Shown: positions 21,789-26,591 of the stretch, piece by piece
How positions within the stretch are numbered: position 1 is the first letter of the stretch
Layout of the letters: each line of letters opens with the position of its first letter
Program-made: the position numbers and the translations under genes
Notes under the pieces: model-generated
What the model saw: the letters and a program-made list of their open reading frames with translations, nothing else
Databases searched by the model: none
Told to the model about the DNA's origin: nothing
From: a virus
Lineage: Duplodnaviria > Caudoviricetes
IMG/VR virus record: IMGVR_UViG_3300043416_000156
Location: 1 to 26,591 of that record
Direction: 5' to 3' (one strand)
DNA: 26,591 nucleotides

Positions 21789-22022
21789 TCATTTGTCGGC
21801 TTTTGCGTCTAGTCGGTCAAACAGACGTTCTAAAGTTGCGTCAATTTTGTCAAATCGGCTTTCAATGTCTTTTTTGCTGACGTAGTTTTTGGGCAAGTCA
21901 ATTTCAATGGCCTTAATGTCATTTTTGAGCGCTTTTACCGAATCCCATATTTCTTTACACCACCAGCCAATGGCAACAAGCAATATGCCGCCGACAAAGT
22001 TGAACATTGCTTGGTATTCCAT
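21789..22022 (-). CDS. Membrane-anchored coiled-coil protein (lysis accessory or holin-like)
   Basis: N-terminal TM followed by heptad repeats ending RLDAKADK. Confidence 0.7.
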   Translation of the reverse strand: MEYQAMFNFVGGILLVAIGWWCKEIWDSVKALKNDIKAIEIDLPKNYVSKKDIESRFDKIDATLERLFDRLDAKADK

Positions 22023-22024
22023 AA

Positions 22025-22291
22025 TTACAAACCCAATGCTTGTTTGAGTTTTGCCAATTCTGCTGGATCGGCAAGAATCAAATCAGTCAACGATTTAGGC
22101 GTTGGTAAGTCAATTGTTACGGGCGTGCTTGTGTCTGTGAATTGCCCGTTTGCATAAACCCATCCAATATTTACGCTATCTGCTTGAATGGCTTCATGTC
22201 CTGCATCAAATCCAGCGGGAGGTGTAGATGGTTGTTGTACATATTCAATAAGATTAACAACAACACCACTTTTAACAATTGCGTATTTCAT
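22025..22291 (-). CDS. Tail-fibre-associated small protein (assembly chaperone-like)
   Basis: YAIVKSGVVVNLI...IGWVY.NGQF, directly after the fibre gene. Confidence 0.65.
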   Translation of the reverse strand: MKYAIVKSGVVVNLIEYVQQPSTPPAGFDAGHEAIQADSVNIGWVYANGQFTDTSTPVTIDLPTPKSLTDLILADPAELAKLKQALGL

Positions 22292-23430
22292 ACATAGAAC
22301 TCCGTGATTATGATGACCCCAGAACCGCCAGCACCGCCATCGGTATCACCACCAGCGCCAGCAGCACCACCAGCGCCAACTGCGTAAGAATAAGTCGCAG
22401 ATGGAGATGCAATAAGTTTTTCTACATAACCACCAGCACCGCCGCCACCGCCTCCGGCTCGGGATGCACCATTGCCACCACCGCCCGCACCACCACCGCC
22501 TGAGTTAGTAGCACCAGCAAGCCCTGCTGAACCAAACCCGCCACCACCACCGCCACCAAATGCACTATTGCCGCCAGTACCGCCGCCATTTCCAAACGCT
22601 AAATAGAATTGAGCCCCCCCCCCTCCACCAGCAATATTTATGTCGCCGCCTGTAGCAGAACCTCCGTTACCTGTTCCACCAGTTCCTCCTACTTTTCCAC
22701 CCGAACCAAAATTAGCAGTTAAAAAGCTAGTGCCAAACGTAGTATTTCCACCATTAGAGCCATTTGCACCATTCTCATTGCCACCACCGCCACCGCCACC
22801 ACCTACTATTCGCACCCAAATGGCTTTTACATTTGCTGGCGTTGTGTAAGTTCCAGAACCGCTTGTGTAAACGGTTACGGTGTGGGGAATAGTGCTTAAA
22901 CCAGTACCACCATTTGCCACAGGCAACAAACCAGTTACTCCTGTAGTTAATGGCAATCCCGTTGCATTGGTTAGTGTTCCGCTTTGTGGAGTGCCCAATA
23001 TTGGCGTTACCAATGTGGGGCTGGTTGCAAGCACGTTGTTGCCTGTGCCGGTGTTTGTGACGCTGACTAGTTTTTTGGATGCATCGGTTGCAACCGCGCT
23101 AGATGCTGTCAGCGCAGAAAAGACTGGACTGGCGCTGAATGTAGCCGTGCCGCCGACAAAAAGGCTCTTGGTAATACCTACCCCACCAGCGGTAAAAATC
23201 GAGCCTGTAGAGCCGCTTGTGGTGTCTGTAGTAAGGCTTGAGTTGATGCCCTGTGCAAACGGGATTCGCACGGTGGTCGCCGTCTGCCCATCTTTTGTGA
23301 TTGCGGTGGACAAGCCGGTGGCTAAGTCTGCGGTCAGCGCATTGAATGCGGAACTGCTGATGACCGTGCCGGTCACCACGGGTTGCCCCGAGGTGTTAAT
23401 TTGGAATGTGCCGGAGCCGTTGTAACTCAT
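22288..23430 (-). CDS. Tail fibre with a glycine-rich C-terminal domain
   Basis: N-terminal anchor (MSYNGSGTF..FNALTADLATGLS..KDGQ), LPVANGGTG shaft motif, GTYT.P..V....VGGGGGG...GGSGVIIITE Gly-rich domain. Confidence 0.8.
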   Translation of the reverse strand: MSYNGSGTFQINTSGQPVVTGTVISSSAFNALTADLATGLSTAITKDGQTATTVRIPFAQGINSSLTTDTTSGSTGSIFTAGGVGITKSLFVGGTATFSASPVFSALTASSAVATDASKKLVSVTNTGTGNNVLATSPTLVTPILGTPQSGTLTNATGLPLTTGVTGLLPVANGGTGLSTIPHTVTVYTSGSGTYTTPANVKAIWVRIVGGGGGGGGNENGANGSNGGNTTFGTSFLTANFGSGGKVGGTGGTGNGGSATGGDINIAGGGGGAQFYLAFGNGGGTGGNSAFGGGGGGGFGSAGLAGATNSGGGGAGGGGNGASRAGGGGGGAGGYVEKLIASPSATYSYAVGAGGAAGAGGDTDGGAGGSGVIIITEFYV

Positions 23431-23434
23431 GGTT

Positions 23435-25186
23435 TTACCTTTGTTGCTGTGCTAGTGCTTCTTGATTTAGGCGCAGCCATTCATCAAGTCCGCTTTGTTG
23501 GTTGCCCGCTTGCCCTGCTAACAGAGCCACCATCTTAGCTTGCTGTGGGGTCATTTGAATGCTAGGAATTGCTGGAACATTTCTTATTGGGTTGTAAGGC
23601 GATTGCGCCGCAGCCGTTAATGCGCTTTGTGCTTGTGCTGGAAGTGCGCTGTAAGCAGCACCACCAATGTTTTTTGCAGTTTGAACTGGGCTTGATAGCG
23701 CATTAGCCAATTGCCCGTATTTGTAGGCAGTTTCGCCAACAACCCTAGGGCTGGACGATAAAAGATCAGCAGCCGCCAAAGCTGGGCCACCCGCGCCATA
23801 TGCCAAATAAGCTGTTGGAACATTGGATACACTTTGCAAGCCGCGAGGTGTCAAGCTGTTCATGGCTTGGCCTGCCAATGCGGGCATCAAGTCTATGCCG
23901 CCTGCCTTTGACAATTCTTGCGCCAAACTAACCCGTTGCCCATAATTGGTGTTGACGTTATTTCGCGTCAACGATTGCAGCTTACGCATTGCGGTGTCGG
24001 CAGATGCTTTATCGCCCAAAGACAATGTGCGCTCAATTTCGTTAATCAAATCAGACGATTCGGTGTAGCCTTTCATTACTTGGGCGTAGGTTGGCGCTTG
24101 TTTATTGATTTCAGATTTAACCGCATCGTAAACTTGTTTGCCCGCTGAAAAAGCAGTTTTTTCTTCTCTACCTAATTTGCCAAAATCTTCCCACAGACTT
24201 TGTTTTAAAAAATCAAGACCTTCAGGCGTGTGATATTCAACAGGGTCAAGATTTTTAAATTGATCTACTTTTGCTCTAATTTTTTGTAATGCTTTAACAG
24301 CTTCAGCATCTTTTGCTATGCCTGATTTTTTAAAACCCATTTCATTTTCAGCATCTGATAACGCTCTATCAATGCCAGTTAAATCAAGCACAGTCTTGTC
24401 ATTTTTGATGTCAACCATGCCCGACCGATATTCCTTCATTTTGTCGGCGTTCATTTGAGCCAAATTTGATTTGGCATCGTCCAAGACTTGCAAAGACGGC
24501 ACTTTGTCCCGCATATTTTGCACAAAGGTTTGATTGCCTTCCGCACCAGCTTTGATGGCTTGATTGATTGGCTCCATGCCAACACCTGACTTTGCAGCCA
24601 AGTAGCCTTTGCCAATTGTTTCAGCGCCTTTGCCAACAGCTTTGGTGGCGGCAATGGCTTGGGTGACCGGATTAAGAACATTCGATGCCGCAGACAACAC
24701 ATTGCCAGCCTGCGCTGTTTTTGCGCCAATATTGGCGGCCTTCAAGCCTGCGCCAGCACCACCGGCAAGCATTGAGACATCGCTCAAAATGCGGAATGGG
24801 TCTTCTTCTACAGTTTGCTTAAAACCTTGAGTTGAACTGTAAGGTTTTACCAATTCTTGACCAACTACATTGGCGACTGCTTGTGATCGTTGCAAATCTT
24901 CCGGCCTGCCAAATGGGTTGTATGGCGCAACAGCAGTCAGGCCGCGCTGCACAGGCTCCGGCATGGCGTTATAAAAACCACCACGGGCAACATCAACCAT
25001 GCTTTGTGCGGTTTGAACGGGGTTTGACAAGGCTTCCACCAACCCGCCAATCGTATTTTTGTACAAGCTGCCAGGCGCATTGCCCAGCATCTTCATGGTG
25101 CTGAATGGGATTGGCTCAACAGACGCAACATCCCATTGCTGCGGCGCAGCAGGCGCTACAGATACAACTTCCCATTGGTCTGCCAT
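23435..25186 (-). CDS. Putative internal virion / DNA ejection protein
   Basis: 583 aa, Ala/Gly/Gln-rich and helical, with SPRVVGE near the C-terminus; last of a series of large genes before the fibre, as in podoviruses. Confidence 0.6.
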   Translation of the reverse strand: MADQWEVVSVAPAAPQQWDVASVEPIPFSTMKMLGNAPGSLYKNTIGGLVEALSNPVQTAQSMVDVARGGFYNAMPEPVQRGLTAVAPYNPFGRPEDLQRSQAVANVVGQELVKPYSSTQGFKQTVEEDPFRILSDVSMLAGGAGAGLKAANIGAKTAQAGNVLSAASNVLNPVTQAIAATKAVGKGAETIGKGYLAAKSGVGMEPINQAIKAGAEGNQTFVQNMRDKVPSLQVLDDAKSNLAQMNADKMKEYRSGMVDIKNDKTVLDLTGIDRALSDAENEMGFKKSGIAKDAEAVKALQKIRAKVDQFKNLDPVEYHTPEGLDFLKQSLWEDFGKLGREEKTAFSAGKQVYDAVKSEINKQAPTYAQVMKGYTESSDLINEIERTLSLGDKASADTAMRKLQSLTRNNVNTNYGQRVSLAQELSKAGGIDLMPALAGQAMNSLTPRGLQSVSNVPTAYLAYGAGGPALAAADLLSSSPRVVGETAYKYGQLANALSSPVQTAKNIGGAAYSALPAQAQSALTAAAQSPYNPIRNVPAIPSIQMTPQQAKMVALLAGQAGNQQSGLDEWLRLNQEALAQQQR

Positions 25187-26094
25187 TAGTTCACCTTTTC
25201 CGGTTTACCGTTTGTCAAAGTCCATTGCTGCCCGTTTTTAAAGGTCGTAACGTGACCTTCTTTTAGCGCGGTGGCAGGCGGCGCAGCAACGGGCGCAGGG
25301 GAAAAATTGGATGGCGCGGTTTGAAAATTCTCTACATTGAAATTTGACTTACCAAGGTTTTCAAGAGTTGTTTTGCGTTTTGCATCAATTAATGCCGCAC
25401 GTTCCCTCATGCGTCTTTCAATCATTGACGGGGTCATGCTTATGTCGACTGTTGTTGCTTCCCATGACTTTGTTTCGCCAGGGGTCAAAGATGCACCATA
25501 CAACGCATTACGGGCAATATTGTCATTGGCGTTATACGATTTCCACCAATCAGCTTGTGCTTCTTTATCGCCGCCAAATGTGCTTGCATATGTATTGGCA
25601 AGTTCTCCCGCAAATTTAGCTTTGTACCCGCCATATTCCGGCCTAAATGTTTCCAATAAACGTGTTTGTGCACCAAGTGAATTGTCTATTGCCGTGATTT
25701 TTTCCACTTCACCCGATGGCAAATCACGTTTTTTGATAGGCGCTGCCGCTTCCCGCGCTGCTTTTTCTGCTTCTTTTACAGCATCCATTTTCATCTGATC
25801 AACACGCTGATAATACTCAGACAACCGGCGCTTGTAATTTACCGGCGCTTCATTAGGTTGAATAGCTGGCGGCGGTGGCAAAGCAGGCATTGCAGGCGTA
25901 GCGGGCGCGGCAGCAGCGGCAGGCGCACTAGCGTTTCTTGTTTGAAAAGCGGCAACCAATGCTGCATTAGGATTAGGCGCTGGCGCAGAAGCAGCAGGCA
26001 ATGGCATTGCAACCGCTGGAACAACAACCTTTTTGGGCGCTGGCGCAACAGATGTTGACGGCCCGTATGCTTCTTCAAAACTAAAATTTGCCAT
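25186..26094 (-). CDS. Putative internal virion / ejection protein
   Basis: GAGG SD; Pro/Ala-rich N-terminus, helical core (RN.LYGASLT..E...W), short C-terminal beta module. Confidence 0.6.
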   Translation of the reverse strand: MANFSFEEAYGPSTSVAPAPKKVVVPAVAMPLPAASAPAPNPNAALVAAFQTRNASAPAAAAAPATPAMPALPPPPAIQPNEAPVNYKRRLSEYYQRVDQMKMDAVKEAEKAAREAAAPIKKRDLPSGEVEKITAIDNSLGAQTRLLETFRPEYGGYKAKFAGELANTYASTFGGDKEAQADWWKSYNANDNIARNALYGASLTPGETKSWEATTVDISMTPSMIERRMRERAALIDAKRKTTLENLGKSNFNVENFQTAPSNFSPAPVAAPPATALKEGHVTTFKNGQQWTLTNGKPEKVN

Positions 26095-26103
26095 GCTGCC
26101 CTC

Positions 26104-26591
26104 TTATGGTACTGGTACAAATTGACCTAATGCCGCATTCCATTTGGCAAGGCCGTTGTTTGTTTGATATGTTTGACCATTGACCAATTTCTTTTTATCT
26201 TTATCTGCTGGTAATGGCAATGCCGCGCTTGCTGATGCTGCTGCGGGTGTTGTTGCGCTGCCGCTTGATTGTGCGCCGCCAAGTACGCCTGGCGTTACCG
26301 ATAGGCTCAATCCTTTTATGTTGGCGGGAATAGCTATACCAAGTTCACGCAACCTTGCAACCACTTCAGCTTTTCTCAACTCAGAACCAAACACATCTTC
26401 GGGAGCCACACCGCCCGCAGTTTTGACAAAATAGCGGTCAACCAAATCCCTGATTTTGGGGTCACTTCGTATCTTATCCATTGGTACGCCAGCAGCTTGC
26501 AGTTGGCCCAAAAATCCTTCCAATGGCTTGACATAGCCTGTTTTAAGAATTTCATCGTCTTTTTTGACTTGCCGAATTTCGGGCATTCCTT
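26104..26591 (-). CDS. C-terminal part of a putative internal virion protein (probably truncated by the window edge)
   Basis: Frame open toward the window end; Ala-rich linker and a C-terminal beta module similar to that of 25186..26094. Confidence 0.55.
   Translation of the reverse strand, partial: GMPEIRQVKKDDEILKTGYVKPLEGFLGQLQAAGVPMDKIRSDPKIRDLVDRYFVKTAGGVAPEDVFGSELRKAEVVARLRELGIAIPANIKGLSLSVTPGVLGGAQSSGSATTPAAASASAALPLPADKDKKKLVNGQTYQTNNGLAKWNAALGQFVPVP

Noticed and set aside
22288-23430. Possible diversity-generating retroelement target in the tail fibre
   Set aside because: No reverse transcriptase and no TR/VR repeat pair seen in the window
1-26591. Prophage boundaries, integrase, att sites or host genes
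   Set aside because: All genes look phage-like through both window edges; no integrase, tRNA or housekeeping gene was recognised

Overview
This window is about 26.6 kb of a tailed dsDNA bacteriophage genome with a podovirus-like layout (long portal, putative ejection proteins, no tape measure in view). The host is probably a Proteobacterium, which is an inference. A divergent control region at about 15.94-16.08 kb splits the window. The leftward (minus) arm runs Cro-like HTH, structured leader RNA, YdaU/DUF1376 initiator, loader-like protein, N4/N6 DNA methyltransferase, nin-like genes, Dps/ferritin-like protein, GT-A glycosyltransferase, terminases, portal, fibre-like protein, scaffold, major capsid and Ser/Thr-rich decoration protein. 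It ends in an enzyme cassette: a Maf/MptE-like (DUF115) domain fused to a GT-B-like domain, a SAM methyltransferase, and a second Maf/DUF115 protein. The rightward (plus) early arm (16.08-20.45 kb) holds small ORFs, an ERF recombinase and a mini SSB-like protein. The right end (minus) has putative ejection proteins, a Gly-rich tail fibre and a lysis cassette. No CI repressor, integrase, tRNA or CRISPR was seen. The best candidate for an undescribed system is the capsid-linked Maf-type glycosylation/methylation cassette. Secondary candidates are a three-way-junction RNA with a pseudoknot or antisense target upstream of the replication initiator, and a G10 tract in the tail fibre. All family assignments come from motif recognition by eye, not database searches.
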